The notes under the pieces were generated by a model. That model saw only the letters and a list, made by a program, of their open reading frames with translations, did no database searches and was not told the origin of the DNA. DNA of 64,000 bases from the human T2T-CHM13v2.0 reference genome, Homo sapiens, in NCBI RefSeq assembly GCF_009914755.1, contig NC_060939.1. One strand, written 5' to 3'. The position numbers and the translations under genes are program-made. Of this stretch, positions 14,951 to 32,310 are shown one piece after another (the first letter of the stretch is position 1; each line of letters begins with the position of its first letter).

Positions 14951-15188
14951 AAGTTGATCCTTGGACAACATAGGTTTGAACTGTGTAGGTCCACTTATAT
15001 GCATTTTTTTCAACCAAACATGGATAAAAAAAGACAGCATTCATGGGATGTGACACTCACCTATACAGAGGACTGACTCTTCTTTATAGGTGGGTTAGTA
15101 GGACCAAATGCAGGACTTGACTATGTGTGAATTTTGGTATACACAAGGGTCCTGAAACCAATTCCCTGAATATACCAAGGCACAACTG
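14951..15188 (-). mobile_element. MER8 (TcMar-Tigger MITE)
   Basis: Termini (c)agttgatccttggacaaca ... accaaggcacaactg|ta, ~240 bp, TA target. Confidence 0.8.
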
Positions 15189-15692
15189 TATTTCTATTTA
15201 ATGTAAATATACATTTATATTATATGTAATATAAATAAACATATATATACAAATAACCTAATTTTAAAATGGCAAAGGATGAAAATAAAAATGTCTTTAA
15301 AGCCCCTACCTCTCACCCTATACAAAAATCAACTCACAAAGGGATCAAAGACCTGAAACAATAAAACCACTAGAAGAAGACATAGGGGAAAATGCTCCAG
15401 GACACTGGTCTGGGAAAAGATTTTATGATAAGACCTGAAAAGCGCAGGCAACTAAAGCAAAAGAAACAAACGGGATTACATCAAATTAACTTCTGTACAG
15501 CCAATGACACAATCAACAGAGTGAAAAGATAGCCTGTAGAATGGGAGAAAATATTTGCAAACTACTCACCCCACAGGAGATTAATATCCAGAATATACAA
15601 GGACAAACATATTCAAAAGCAAACAAACAAAAAAAATCTGATTTAAAAATTGGCAAATGATATAAATGAACATTTTTCAAAAGAAGACATAT

Positions 15693-15912
15693 ACCAGCCT
15701 GGGCAACATAACTAGACTCCATCTCCGCAAAAAATTTAAAAAAATTAGCCATCGTGGTACATACCTGTAGTCCTGTCTACTTAGGAGGCTGAGGCAGGAG
15801 GATTGCTTGAGCCCAGGAGTTTGAGGCTGCAGTGAACTATAATCATGCCACTGCACTACAGCGTAGGTACAGAGCCAGACCCTGTCTCAGAAAAACCAAA
15901 AACAATCAAAAA
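15693..15912 (+). mobile_element. 5'-truncated AluJ inside the L1MA
   Basis: Begins ccagcctgggcaacata; full right arm. Confidence 0.85.
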
Positions 15913-16571
15913 AAGAATGAAAAAATGCTCAACATTGTTAATCAAGGAGATGCAAATAAAAACCACATTGAGGTATCATCTCACCCCAATTAGGATGGCA
16001 GCTGTTATCAAAAGACAAAAAATAACAAATACTGGTGAAAATGCAGAGAAAAAGGAACTCTTATATACTGCTGATGGTAATGTAAACTAGTACAACCACT
16101 ATGGAGAACAGCAAGGAGGTTCCTCAAAAAACTACAAATAGAATATCATATGATCCAGCAATTTCACTACAGTGAATCTATCCAAAGACAAGACTATCAT
16201 TATATCAAAGAGACATTTGCACCTCCGTGTTTACTGTAGCACTACTGACAATAGCCAAGATATGAAATCAACCTAGATGGCCAACAAAGGATGAATGGAT
16301 GAAGAAAATCTGGAATATATATATACCAGAGAATGCTATTTAGTCATGAAGAAAAAAAAAAAGAAATCCTGTCATTTGCAGCAACATGGATGAGACTGGG
16401 ACGTTATGCTAAGTAAAATAAGCCAGAAACAAAAAGTTAAATAAACACTGCATGTTCTCACTCATTGGTAGTAGGGAGGGAGGGACAGGGAGAGATTTGT
16501 TAAAGAATAAAAAATTACCAATAGATATGAGGAATACATTCTAGTGTTCTATACCACAGTAAGATGACCAT

Positions 16572-16655
16572 AGTTAACAGTAATATGTAGTTTCAAATAG
16601 CTAGGAAGAAAATCTAAAGTTAACAGTAATACATAGTTTCAAATAACTAGGAAGA
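16572..16655 (+). repeat. Diverged ~46-bp tandem duplication
   Basis: agttaacagtaatatgtagtttcaaatagctaggaaga / agttaacagtaatacatagtttcaaataactaggaaga. Confidence 0.85.
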
Positions 16656-17262
16656 GGATATTGAACATTCCCAACACAAAGAAATGATAAATGTCTGAGA
16701 TGATGGATATGTTAATAACCCTATCTGATCACTAACATATATGTACTAAAACATCACTATGTACCTATGAATATGTACAATTATTATTGTCAATTAAAAA
16801 CTAAAAAAAAAAGAAAAAGAAAATGTTCAAATGGCCAATAAGCATATTTAAAAAGTTCATAATAAGTCACTAGGGAAATACAAATCAAAACTACCATATA
16901 CCACTTCACATCCACTGAGTGGCTATATTAAACAAAACAAAACAAACCCAGACAATGTTAAGTATTGGCAAGGATATGGAGAAATCAAAACCCTCATTCA
17001 TTGCTAGTAGGAATGTAAAAAGGTACCGTCTTTTTAGAAAACAGTTTGGCAGTTCCACAAAATGTTAAACACGGAGTTATTAAATGACCTAGCCATTCTA
17101 CTGTTAGGTATATATCCAAGAGACATGAAACCCTATGTCCACACAAAAACTTATACACAAATAAGTGTTCACAGCAGAATTTTCATAATAGCCAAAAAAG
17201 TGGAAACAACCCAAATGTCCAACAACTGATAAATGGATAAATGAAATATGGCATATAGATAT

Positions 17263-18140
<878 letters not shown>

Positions 18141-18367
18141 CTATGGAATATTATTCAGTCATAAAAAGGAATCAAGGTTCATCCATGCTTCAACATGGAT
18201 GAAGCTTAAAAACTTTATGTTAAATGAAAGAAATTAGTCACAGAAGACAACATATTGTGCAACTCTATTTACATAAAATGTCCACAATAGGCAGAAAATA
18301 AATTAATAGCTGAGGGGAGGGAGGAATGAGTAGAGACTACTAATGAGTACTTTTAAGAGTGATGAAA

Positions 18368-18655
18368 GGCCAGGCAGGTGGCTCACACCTGTAATCCCAG
18401 CACTTTGGGAGGCCGAGGTGGGAGGATCACTTGAGGTTAGGAGGTCAAGACCAGCCTGGACAACATGGTGAAACCCTGTCTCTATTAAAAATACAAAAAT
18501 TAGCCAGGCATGGTGGCACACACCTGTAATCCCAGCTACTGGGGAGGCTGAGGTAGGAGAACTGCTTGAACTCGGGAGGCAGAGGTTGCGGTGAACCAAG
18601 ATGTTGCCACCGCACTCCAGCTTGGGCGAAAGAGACTCCATCTCAAAGAAAAAAA
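18368..18655 (+). mobile_element. AluS
   Basis: Dimer; TSD gagtgatgaaa. Confidence 0.93.
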
Positions 18656-19612
18656 TGAGTGATGAAAATATTCCAAAATTAGACTGTGGTGATGGTTGCA
18701 CATCTCTGTAAATATAATAAAAACTATTGAATTTTACACTTTAAATGGGTGGAATTTATGGCATGGAAATTATTTCTCAGTAAAGATATAATATGAATAC
18801 ATGATGTTAGTGTTCATATCATATCTAGACCACTATTGCTCTGTAAATGAGTTTGTAAAATAATCCTTAAGGAATGTAGATACTGAAGGACTCAGAGTAG
18901 TAGACTGACAGGCTGACATTTTTTTAAAGAAAAAAATAATCTGTTGACAATGATAAAAATGGCTGACAGAGCAGTCAGACTCAAGGTGGAGAGACTTACA
19001 ACGATGTATTTGGAAAAATTTTAACAAGAAGAGGACTTGAGCCAAGACAGGTAAGAAACGGGAAAAGGCTATGATCCTACCTTTAGAGTGGAATGCTATC
19101 TATAGAAGCTTTCTGTAAAAGGGAAGCTTTCTATAGAAGGCAACTATTAACCTATATCCTTATTACAGAGGCTCCCAAACAGGGAACTACAGAAAGTCAT
19201 CAAGTCCAAGAGAGTAGAGTGGTAGAAAGCTCTTAATAATGGCCCATTAAAATAGCAGTTGTTTTAATCTATGATTTAACTAATGGAAGACTTGTCTTCA
19301 AAAATATTAGATTATAATGCCAATATATTCTCAAGTATATCAGAGAACAGTAGTATGAATTTCGTCTTTGAGTATTAAAGATATAGAAAAAATTCACTCA
19401 AAAGTATTTTATCACTAGAACAAGTTTCATTTATTTCAAATGTCTTATAAACATGCTTAAAAGTAAGCATACTCTATATGTAGTTTTATAACTTTCCTAT
19501 TAAAACACTCAGAGGAAAAGATATTTGATATTGCCTTAAATTTTTTCAAAAACAATTCTTTCTCATTATAAAATATATATTAAAAGGCAAATGAATTCAT
19601 AAATTATCTCAC

Positions 19613-19675
19613 CTTTGGTTTTTAGATAAACCACAAAGAAATGTCTACAGCATAAGTTCCAGTTTGGGCAGATAC
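19613..19675 (-). other. Candidate 63-nt cassette exon
   Basis: Acceptor ttttctgtttgttttttacaattcag|G and donor AAG|gtgaga. Only the phase-1 frame is open (ICPNWNLCCRHFFVVYLKTK). No homology recognised. Confidence 0.35.
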
Positions 19676-19889
19676 CTGAATTGTAAAAAACAAACAGAAA
19701 AAGACATGGTCAATATGGTTGAATCTGAGTATGGAAATTTAATTATTTCAATAGAACCCTAACTTGATCATTTACCTCCTAAATTTTTATGTCCAAGCTG
19801 TTCTTTAGATATCTATAGAATGTCAAGAATTAAGAAATTCTCCTGGACTTTCTATTGCCTTTGATTAATGTTGGTATTTCTTGAAATTA

Positions 19890-20261
<372 letters not shown>

Positions 20262-20544
20262 TCATCAACTCAATTCTTCAAAAGAAAGTATTTTCTACAG
20301 TTTACACTCCCTATATTATGATTGCCCATCCTCATAGAAAATACAGAATTTAAAAATCTGGAAATGTAAAAGTAAATCAATAGCACATGTTTATAAAACC
20401 TAAGCAAATAAGTAAATTAAATAAAACCAATGTCTACTAAGTATGAAAAATGGAAAAAATGTTCTCTACATTAGCAAAGAAAATGAAATTAAAATGAGAT
20501 ATCATCTTTGATCAATGAAATTATAATTGTTTTAAAAATAAGAT

Positions 20545-20905
20545 TATAGTCATTGGCACCCTTCCAGTTCTTCTCCTTACCAGACTCATGGTAAGATTGC
20601 ACCTCACTGCCCTCTTTCAACTTAGGTGTAGAAACATGACTTGCTTTAGCCACTGAAATGTACACAGACGTGATGTTACACATTTCTAAGTATAAGCTTT
20701 AAGACCAACTACACAACTTACAGACCTCCCAGCTACTGCAGTCATTATGGAGTTCACTAAATGTCTCTGAAGAGAAAAAAACAACCCTGCTGACATGTAT
20801 TAGACATGTAACATGAGCAAGAAATAAACTTTGTTGTATTATGCAACTGAGATTTTTAGGACTGTTTGTTACTACAGCACAATCTAGGCTATACTGACAG
20901 CTACA
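20545..20905 (+). mobile_element. MLT1 (MLT1I/J-like) MaLR solo LTR
   Basis: catgacttgctttagccactgaaatg ... agaaataaactttgttgt...gtttgttactacagca. Confidence 0.8.
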
Positions 20906-20997
20906 AGTGATAACGTAATATAATAATATATAATATTATAATAATGTAATATAACAGGCATTTTTGTACACTGTTCATAGGAATTTAAATTGGTAAA

Positions 20998-21588
<591 letters not shown>

Positions 21589-21749
21589 GAGCTAGAAGCA
21601 AACTAAAAGTACAAATGATTTGCTAAATAAGCTAGAATATTAAGCAATCATTAAAACTGCTTATCAAAGATGCTTAATGACTAACAGAAGAAACTGTGTA
21701 AAGGGCATACATAGGAACTCTCTGTACTGTCTACTCAATTTTTTCATGT

Positions 21750-21960
21750 ATACGATTCAAGAACAGGTAAAACTAACTAATCTCCACTGACAGAAAGTAG
21801 GTAAGTTATTGCAGGAACCAAAGGTTGTATGAAAGAATTGACTGCAAAGGGGCTTAAGAGAAGCTTTTAAGAGTGATTAAAATGTTCTATATCTTGATTA
21901 TGGCGGTTGTCAACAGGATATACACATTAGTCAAAACCCCTCAAACTGTACTGCACATAA
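21750..21960 (+). mobile_element. L1MC-like 3' fragment
   Basis: ttcaagaacaggtaaaactaa...aaatgttctatatcttgat. Confidence 0.6.
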
Positions 21961-22683
21961 ATAATTTTACTAAAGTGGATTTTAAAAGTAAAATAAAAAT
22001 GCTTAATGATAGGAAAATGCTCATCTGTTGGGTAATTTGAAATGTGTAATACATAAATTTGCATAGAAGAGGCTACAAATACATACAATATTAATAGTGC
22101 TTTGCTTTGCATAAATATTACATAGGTAGTTTTCATTTTTCCTTAAGTTATGTACTTTCAAAATGCTCTAAGTAAGTACGTATTTTTATGTTTATTTGGT
22201 GGTATTTTATTGAGAACCAGAGCTTAAGCCTAGAATAAGCTTGAGGTTTTAATAATTTATTCATTCAGTATTCATTACATGCCTCCATGTACAAACAGCA
22301 TTCTAAGTGGTAGAGGGATACCTCCAAGCTTGGGTATGTTTCTCCAAGGTTCAGCTAGATGGGGCTTTCAAGTGATCACCATTGCCAGTGAATGTGGAAG
22401 CATCAACTATCATCTGTAAACCACATCTGTTTATAATCTTTACGCTGGCAAATGACAGGTAAGTTGTGACTATAAAAACTGTTTGGATTCATGATTATCT
22501 GTTTACCTAATCTTCCTGAAAATAAGCTTAAATTTTCTACAGTGTTTAATATGTAATATATAACATATATTTAGAATGTATTATAATGTGTGAATGTGTT
22601 TATAAGAATATGTATTGATAACTAATCATTTAAAAATGTTATGAGTTTTGAGCATTTATTTACTTAAAAAATTAAAAGTTTTG

Positions 22684-22979
22684 GGCCAGGCATGGTGGCT
22701 CATGCCTGTAATCCCAGCAATTTACGAGGCCAAGGCGGGCGGATCACCTGAGGTCAGGAGTTCCAGACCAGCCTGGCCAACATTATGAAACCCCGTCTCT
22801 ACAAAAATACAAAAACAATTAGCAGGGCGTGATGGCAGGTGCCTGTAATCCTAGCTACTAGGGAGGCTGAGGCGGGGGAATTGCTTGAACCCAGGAGGCG
22901 GAGGTTATAGTGAGCTGAGATCACGCCACTGTACTCCAGCCTGGGCGACAGAGCAAGATGCCATCTCAAAAAAAAAAAA
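22684..22979 (+). mobile_element. AluSx
   Basis: Dimer; TSD ttaaaagtttt. Confidence 0.95.
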
Positions 22980-23933
22980 GAGTTAAAAGTTTTACCACTA
23001 TAAAAACTGCTTGAGGGTTTAAAACTCTAAGAAATTGTAGAAAAATATAAATGAAACATAGAAAGCAATAAGTAAGACAATGGAGACAAAGCATTAAGCA
23101 AAGAGCAAGAAGTGTTTGATTAATCAAATAGAAACACTGGATACATATCATTAACAAATTGTAATCAACAAGTAAAAATATAGTGAGAAAATACTTGTTT
23201 CATGTTCAGCAGTGAGTGTAGCAATTCAAGATACTGGGGACAAGGGATTACGACTATATGCAGGGGACTATATGCACTAACTTCTCATGACAGAAAAATC
23301 TGAGATAACTACTCCATTATAGGGAATACACATGAAGCAAAAGAGAAAGAACATATATAGAAGAATCTAATCCAGAACTGATTTTAAACCAGTGATCACT
23401 GAAATTAAATCACTATGTTTAATTATAACTATACAATATGTTGCCTTCTCAAGTTTGACATTTGCACTTACATGTTGTATTCAAAAAGTATAAAACTTCA
23501 TAATTTACAATAAAATACAAATAAAATGCACTATTTATACTGATAACCATTAAGAAGCACTAAAATAATGTGTGCTAATCAGGTTACAGCTAGTAAAGAT
23601 GAGTAAAATAGTCTCAGACATTAAGGATACAACACAGAAAATATTTGTATGTGAATCACGGTACAGATAGTAAAGATGGATAGACTCAGACACCAGGAAG
23701 TTTTCATAGCACTTAGAAAGACAGCACAAACCCAAAACACAAAATTGCCAACACTACAGGAATGCAAATGGAGAGTTCTTGTTAAGTATTAGCTTCTCGA
23801 CCCTTAGAAAATACAACCTATGAGTCGTCACTGAAAATACAGACAGATGGGAAAACACCATCACCAAGTTGGTCTTGGTTTTCTAAATTCTAGAAACCAT
23901 ATGTGCAGGAACAAGTACCCTAATCAACTAAAT

Positions 23934-24120
23934 CAGTGATCAAACTATAGCCTAAGAGCCAAATCCAGCCCAGGGCCTGTTTTTGTCTGATTTATGAGCT
24001 AAGAATGGTTTTTACGTATTTAAAGGGCCATAAACAAACAAGAATATGCAACAGAGGTAGTATATTGCCACAAAGTTTAAAAGTTTAAAGGGGATCTTTA
24101 CAGAGGTCTGCTGACTTCTG
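23934..24120. mobile_element. MER58C-like hAT-Charlie MITE
   Basis: gccaaatccagcc...gagctaagaatggtttttac...agaatatgcaacagag. Confidence 0.7.
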
Positions 24121-24518
24121 AACTAAATAATTCATAAATGGATGAAACAGGTCTTAGTGGTGGCTCTGATCCAAAGATTTGAACTGTGCCATGGCATCAT
24201 AGTATATTAGAACTGGAAGGAGGCATGAAGACCATCTTTCCTTCCCATGATATTGCAAAGGCGCTGACTATGGCTCATAGGTTTCCATCTTCTGGATCTA
24301 CTGTATCCTGGGTCAAAAGTGCTTTACATCTCACCACAACACTGGCTCCCTTTTCCTTTAGTGAAGTAATCTGGGAATTAAAAAAAGAGGTACAACACAG
24401 TAAGTACACTCTCCTCCAACTCTCCACTGAGCCTTTCCTACACACAACTAATCAACTAAAAGTGAAGTGCTGATGACCTTCATATTTTACTAATTCAGCA
24501 TCAAAGATCATTTCCTAT

Positions 24519-24550
24519 TCTCCCCACTTCATCTCCCCACTTCATCTCCC
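24519..24550 (+). repeat. 13-bp tandem repeat (tctccccacttca)x2.5
   Basis: Directly visible. Confidence 0.85.
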
Positions 24551-25199
24551 TCTACTCTACTAAGATATTCTCTAAACCAAGCAAATTAAGCTACTAGCAT
24601 TCCTGAAAAAGCATCTGTTTTGTCCTATGGACCTTGGTCTATGTGGTTTCTCTCCTATGGACATGACTTCCTTTCTCCACCTATCCAAATTCCTTCCATC
24701 CTTCATGGCCCAATTTGACATCCATGATACCTTTGGAAAGCTTATAATCCAATAGGAAACAGAGCTCAGGTACACACAAAAAAGTTTTAAAAATCTTGAA
24801 AGTTGTAATAAATAAAATGTTATAAAATTCCAAGAAGCAAAATGTCACCTCAGGGGAAAATGTTTAGGTACCACCTTGGGAAAGTCTTTGAGTAAGATAT
24901 GAGAAAGAGCAGAGAAGAAAAAGGGACGTTCCAGGCAGTGGAAATGAGCAAAGGTATAAAAGGGATAATTTCTTATAGTAGTGATTCTCATCTTTTTGTT
25001 TCCCTAGATTTGCCTCTAACCAAGTGATGACACAGAGAATGCCCTCAATTTCTAAAGTCCCTTGCCTACCCATAATTTTGAATGTTACCAAAACCCACAG
25101 ATTTAATGTGCTGATCAGTTAATCAAAATTCAATGGAGACAGTCTATTTCTGCATATGTCTTCAGATAACTTTTGTGAACATAAAAATCCAACACATCG

Positions 25200-25531
<332 letters not shown>

Positions 25532-25958
25532 TCAAATATAAATTCTGTGACTTTAAGGCTGAATTATGTTATTTTCATATCATTAATCAAACCAAAAGGG
25601 CTGAAAGTAAAAACTTCATTATTTTGGTTACCTTTTTACTAAGTAATTTTATTCTATGGATAGCAACCTTTCACATTCTGGTTCACTCCAAACCTAGGGC
25701 CTAGTAGATGCTACCTAAATACCTGTTGAATTAATAATATTGGAACATAATATATATTTCACTGAAAATATTCCTTCCTTTAATTATGCAGTATAATAGA
25801 AAGTAGAGAGAAGATAAGGAACATTAATTGAAAGTGTTGTAAAAGTGAAGCCATCAAAAAACTTAAAACAATTATTTCAAAACCATCTTTGAAGCAAATA
25901 ATCTATTCACATGTAACTCAGATCTTTATTGTAGCCTTTGTTGTAACACTACACACAT

Positions 25959-25993
25959 ACCACCACCACCACCACCACCACCATCATCATCAT
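25959..25993 (+). repeat. (CAC)n(CAT)n microsatellite
   Basis: accaccaccacc...catcatcatcat. Confidence 0.9.
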
Positions 25994-26045
25994 GACATTT
26001 TTTTCTAAATACAGCTTGAGGAAGGAAACCATATAATTTGATTAA

Positions 26046-26355
<310 letters not shown>

Positions 26356-27113
26356 CAGAAAACAGTCACTTATTCATCTTTGTATTTCACGTAATTCCTA
26401 GCACATAATGGGTACTTTAAAATCACTCATTGAGTTGAACAGTCATAGAGAAAATGTTTTCTCTGCTCTCCATGACTTCACTATATTTCAAAGGTATAAG
26501 GCAACAACTCTGGCAATAAAAGCAGAACTTAGAAAGCCTGACTTATTTCAAGAGTTCTCTGATACGAGAAGAGATATCCAATAGATGTGTTCCCTAATTA
26601 CACAAGTATAAGAAGATGCATTGCTCCACTGTTGTCGATTTGCTATATTTAGTAGGCTCTGAATTGAATTATTCAAGCATGTACAAATATAACCTTAAAG
26701 GGGTCCACATACTTGCTCCTGACAATCTGGATACAAAAGCTGCCATTCAGATAAAAGATGACAGGCAACAAGAATCTGACAGGCCAGCAATTTACTGCAT
26801 TTTCTGCACATTTGAATTTGTAGCCCTCCATAGCCATTAAGCAAAATTAGTTTCATGATGTCAGCCAAAAAGCCTCATGGGCAGCAGTTTTATGTCATTA
26901 AAAAAACTACCATCCTCAATCTGTTTGAATCTGTGTTTGCTCATTAGAAGCCTCTCAATGAATCAGAAGCGAGGGTTTAATCACACTCTTGCTCTATGAA
27001 TGTTTAGTATAGCCCTGAACTATAACAAATTCCTATTCTACCTTTCCCTGTATCTAAAATAGTTTAGATATGGCTGAAGAACCTAAGTATCAGACAGGCT
27101 AGCAGTTCTCAAC

Positions 27114-27510
27114 TGATATGGTTCGGATATGTGTCCCCGCTCAAATCTCATGTCAGACTGTAATCCCCAATGTTGGAGGTGGGGCCTGGTGGGAGGTGAT
27201 TGGATCATGGGGGCAGTTTCTAATGGTTTAGCACCATCCCCCTAGTACTGTTCTCATGATAAGAGTTCTCACAAGATCTGGTTGTTTAAAAGTGTGTAGC
27301 ACCTTCCTCCTCTCTCTCTCTCTCTCTCTTTATGCCTGCTTCCCTTGGCCTTCCGCCATGATTATAAGTTTCCTGAAGCCTCACCAGAACCCTAGCAGAT
27401 GGCCAGCTTCCTATACAACCCGAGGAACCATGAACCAATTAAACCTCTTTTCTTTATAAATTACCCAGTCCAGGTATTTCTTTATAGCAGTGCAAGAATG
27501 AACTAATACA
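27114..27510 (+). mobile_element. MSTA-like MaLR solo LTR
   Basis: tgatatggttcggatatgtgtcccc ... ttctttataaattacccagtc...gaactaataca. Confidence 0.9.
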
Positions 27511-29594
27511 TCTATCAAAAATGGAGCAATTTCAAAACTATAAATGTGATCTTAATATGTATTTATCCAATTTAAAAAGCAAGTGTCAGAGAAAAACTTC
27601 ATCCTCTCCTGCTCCTAACTGTTGATCTCTGAATCCACTATGCTCTCTTATGCCCCTATGCCTTTGAAATTGTTATTTTCCCCTTTGCTTGTTTAGAATC
27701 TCCTCCTTAAACCTGTCTGGCAAGTTTCTACTCATTATGGAAGTCTTCCCTGGTTTTCCCAAAAAAGATGCATGCAATCTTCCCCTATGCACGTTTATAT
27801 ACTTACATAAGTACCTCTCAAACTATATCATAACTGTCTCTTATGGTTAGAGAACAGTAAGCTCTCTACAGGCAATGACTGAACACCTCTTGGCAGAACT
27901 AATATTGAACTGGTACACACCAACAGAGCCTGAAGGGTCATACTTAAGTACTGAAATACTTCCGTAACATAGTCTGGTAACGTGTCACTGCCTCAAACTC
28001 CACCAGTCCTAAGGTGCCTACTGATGGCCCAGTCTCCCCACCACCACTACAACCCAGCAGGTAAAACAAGAAAGCCTGACACAGCATAAAGGATGAAGGG
28101 GTTCTTCAAGATCGTGATCCAGTGCTACAGCCATCTTAACTGGTTGGTCCCTATTTTGTACTTACTGGTAAATACTTCAAATATCACTCCTGCCTCTTCA
28201 TAGCCAAAGCACAGGACACTGCCTAGCTTATCAGGCTTCTAATTCTTTGGCAAAATAATAAATGAAGACATACCAGGTCTATCAATGGCCCAGGGTCAAT
28301 GGGCATGCTGTCAAAACTATGCAGACAATGATCAGTGATCAGACTGTCAAGAAAAATCCAGATACTAAAGTACTAGAAAAGAAAATGGTCAAGTCTGTCT
28401 ATTCTCTGTGTTTGCCTTCAGCATTTGATAAAATAAATGCTTATCTTGATAATGTGCAAAAAAATCTTCAATGTGATACTTTATAGAGAATATAATTCAA
28501 GTATTTTTAATGTTTTTAAATAAAGTTTAAAAGCAAAGTTTCTATAAAGTAAGTCTCCATAACATATCACAAACAGTGATCATTAAACTCTAATCAGTGT
28601 CTTGGATAGGAACACAAGTATCACTAAAGGAGGAGCACAGTGATTAATTCAAATGGAGAGGAAAAGGCAAGAATGAGAAGAGTCAGTTAATTATAAATGG
28701 CATGTCTAATTACAGATTTTGCTAGGGGCTTCAGATACTTCTAATTAGTTTTACTAGGTATATTAATTATAAACAGAATACCATGAGAGAATTTTCTAAT
28801 CACAGAAATGTACCTAGAACGTAAAATCAGAGTTTATCTTTATAATTTAATAATTAAATGTTCAATAATGTATAATTATTTTGAAAGTCATCAATAAAAT
28901 ATATATCACACTAAAATCAAGTTACTCAGAATATTGCTAAGGTGGTGACAGAGTCTTTAAAACATCCATAGGGGAGCAAGTGTGTAGCTGAAGGAAGGAT
29001 GAACATGTAGCTTCAATAATAAGAATTTTGAACTTATAAATGGTGATATAACAATCTTTTTAGGCTCCTTCCTTTCTGGTAAATACTTTAAATATCACTT
29101 TTTAATACTTTAAAATTTTCTGGTAGAAAAATTGTCTTTTATTCATGCTGTAGGCAGTTTCAGAGAGCCATATGATTAAAATGTTAAAAATAAAGATGGA
29201 AGGGATAAATAGCAGCAAGAGAAGCTTATCTAATTTCAACACTATCTCATTAAGATCAATCTTTAATTTAAAACAAAAACAAAACCCTGCTGTGCTATAT
29301 ACTGTATTAATGAAAAATTCTACAAGGTGACAAAATCTCAAACAGGAAGCATAATGTGTTTACTAAGGACAAATTAAGAAAAACCATTCTGATTTTTTGG
29401 TATTTGTATTAAAGTAAAAACTTAGAAAAGAGGAGAAAAATTAAAGACCATGATGTATTTCAACTTTAAGAAAAGCTTTTAAAGTCCCACTAATCTTAAA
29501 TTAAAACAATCAGGTAAATTATTTTGGTTATTAGCACTAACATGAATTTAAGCAGAAAATATATACAAAGAAAATGTAAGTAATAGTTACAGTA

Positions 29595-29815
29595 TCTATC
29601 ATTTATTGAACACCTATATACTATCCCAGGCAGAATGCAAGGTGCTTTACCTAAATTGTTAATTTTCACAACCATCTAACTTGGCAGATACTATCATCCC
29701 TACCTTACTGATGATGAGTTAGTATTAAAAATAATCTCGCCACAGTCAGCTAGTAAGTGGCAAAGATTCAAACTCATAGTTGACTACCCAACAGCCTCTG
29801 TGCTGGCCACTACAC
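29595..29815 (-). mobile_element. MIR
   Basis: atttattgaacacctat...ctagtaagtggcaaagattcaaactca. Confidence 0.65.
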
Positions 29816-30159
29816 CCCACTAACTGACCAGATGGCCTCAATGTAGTTAAAGTAAGCCAAGGTAGCACTGAAGTTCCATGGTGTATAAGCTGTACTAGAT
29901 GGATGAAGTTAAGGCTTCTATCTACTATTCCAATGAATGTGACTATCTGAATATCTAAGGAAAACAATATAATTTAGTAATTACACTTCTGACCCTGATT
30001 TGGGAAATCAAGGATGTAGCCAGTTGGCTTAAGAGCTATCACAAAATTCTATTTTCATTAAACTCACTTTGATCCAAATGATCAAAAATTAAGCACTTAG
30101 ATCCACAAGTAAAAGGATTCAATCAGGACCGATATAAGTCAAAAATAAATGTAATAATA

Positions 30160-30585
<426 letters not shown>

Positions 30586-31540
30586 TTAAAAAAATCAGGC
30601 AACTTGAAACTCTTCTGAATAAATGAGCATGAATAAAAAAAATTACCATATACCTAACAAAGGCACACAACAAACATTTAACAAACAAGTTAATGACTTG
30701 GCTAAATGAAGATTAATAAGTGAAAATGGGGAAAACAAGGAAAATTAAGGGAAGAGTTTATCTTTCTCCAAGTTCCTTCTCACATAAATACTACCTGCTC
30801 TATATTTCCCAGGAAGTTGGTTAAGGGGGTGGGGGGGAAGTACCTGCTCTTGAGGTTCTTTACTAAAAACAGTCCTTCAGAATATACCTACCCTAGCAGA
30901 ACTCTCCTCCTCATATTGTGGCTAAGGAAATATCACCTCTCTCCTAAGAGAAGGTCTAACATCCAAAATAATATCCTTCCTTGTCCTGAACAGCCTCTTT
31001 CTGGAAACATTTTCAATCCCTCTACATCCCACAGCATATTTCGAAGATACACTTTTCTGGTTTTCTAAATTGAATATTATTTATTATTTAATCATCATAA
31101 TGAAAAATTTAAAGAGTAGTTTATGATATACAGAAACTCTGACACAATAAGGATATTTTATAGTGCAAATATAATTCTCATTTTAAAAACACAAGCATCC
31201 TTCACAAAGATTGTTCCATTTGAAAAGAATTTTTTAAGGCTTTTTTATGTAAGCTATTTTCTACTTTTTTATTTGAAAGAAATCATGCCTTTAACAAAAG
31301 CTGTATTACAGTTACACATCTCTTACCAACAGGGATACATTCTGAGAAATTCATCAGTAGGTGATCATTGTGCAAACATCGTAGACTGTATTTACACAAA
31401 CCTATATAGTATAGCCTACTATACCCAGAGGCTATTTAAGAGAGCCTATGGCTCCTAGACTACAAACCTGTACAGCATGTTACTATATTGAATACTGTAG
31501 GCAATAACAATGGTATTGGTGTATCTAAACACAGATAAGG

Positions 31541-32310
<770 letters not shown>

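Larger units (their letters stand above)
15300..16820 (+). mobile_element. L1MA5/6-like 5'-truncated LINE-1 nested in the L1MB
   Basis: Second copy of the ORF2 3' region plus L1MA 3' UTR (cccaacacaaagaaatgataaatgtctgagatgatgg) and poly-A. Confidence 0.8.
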
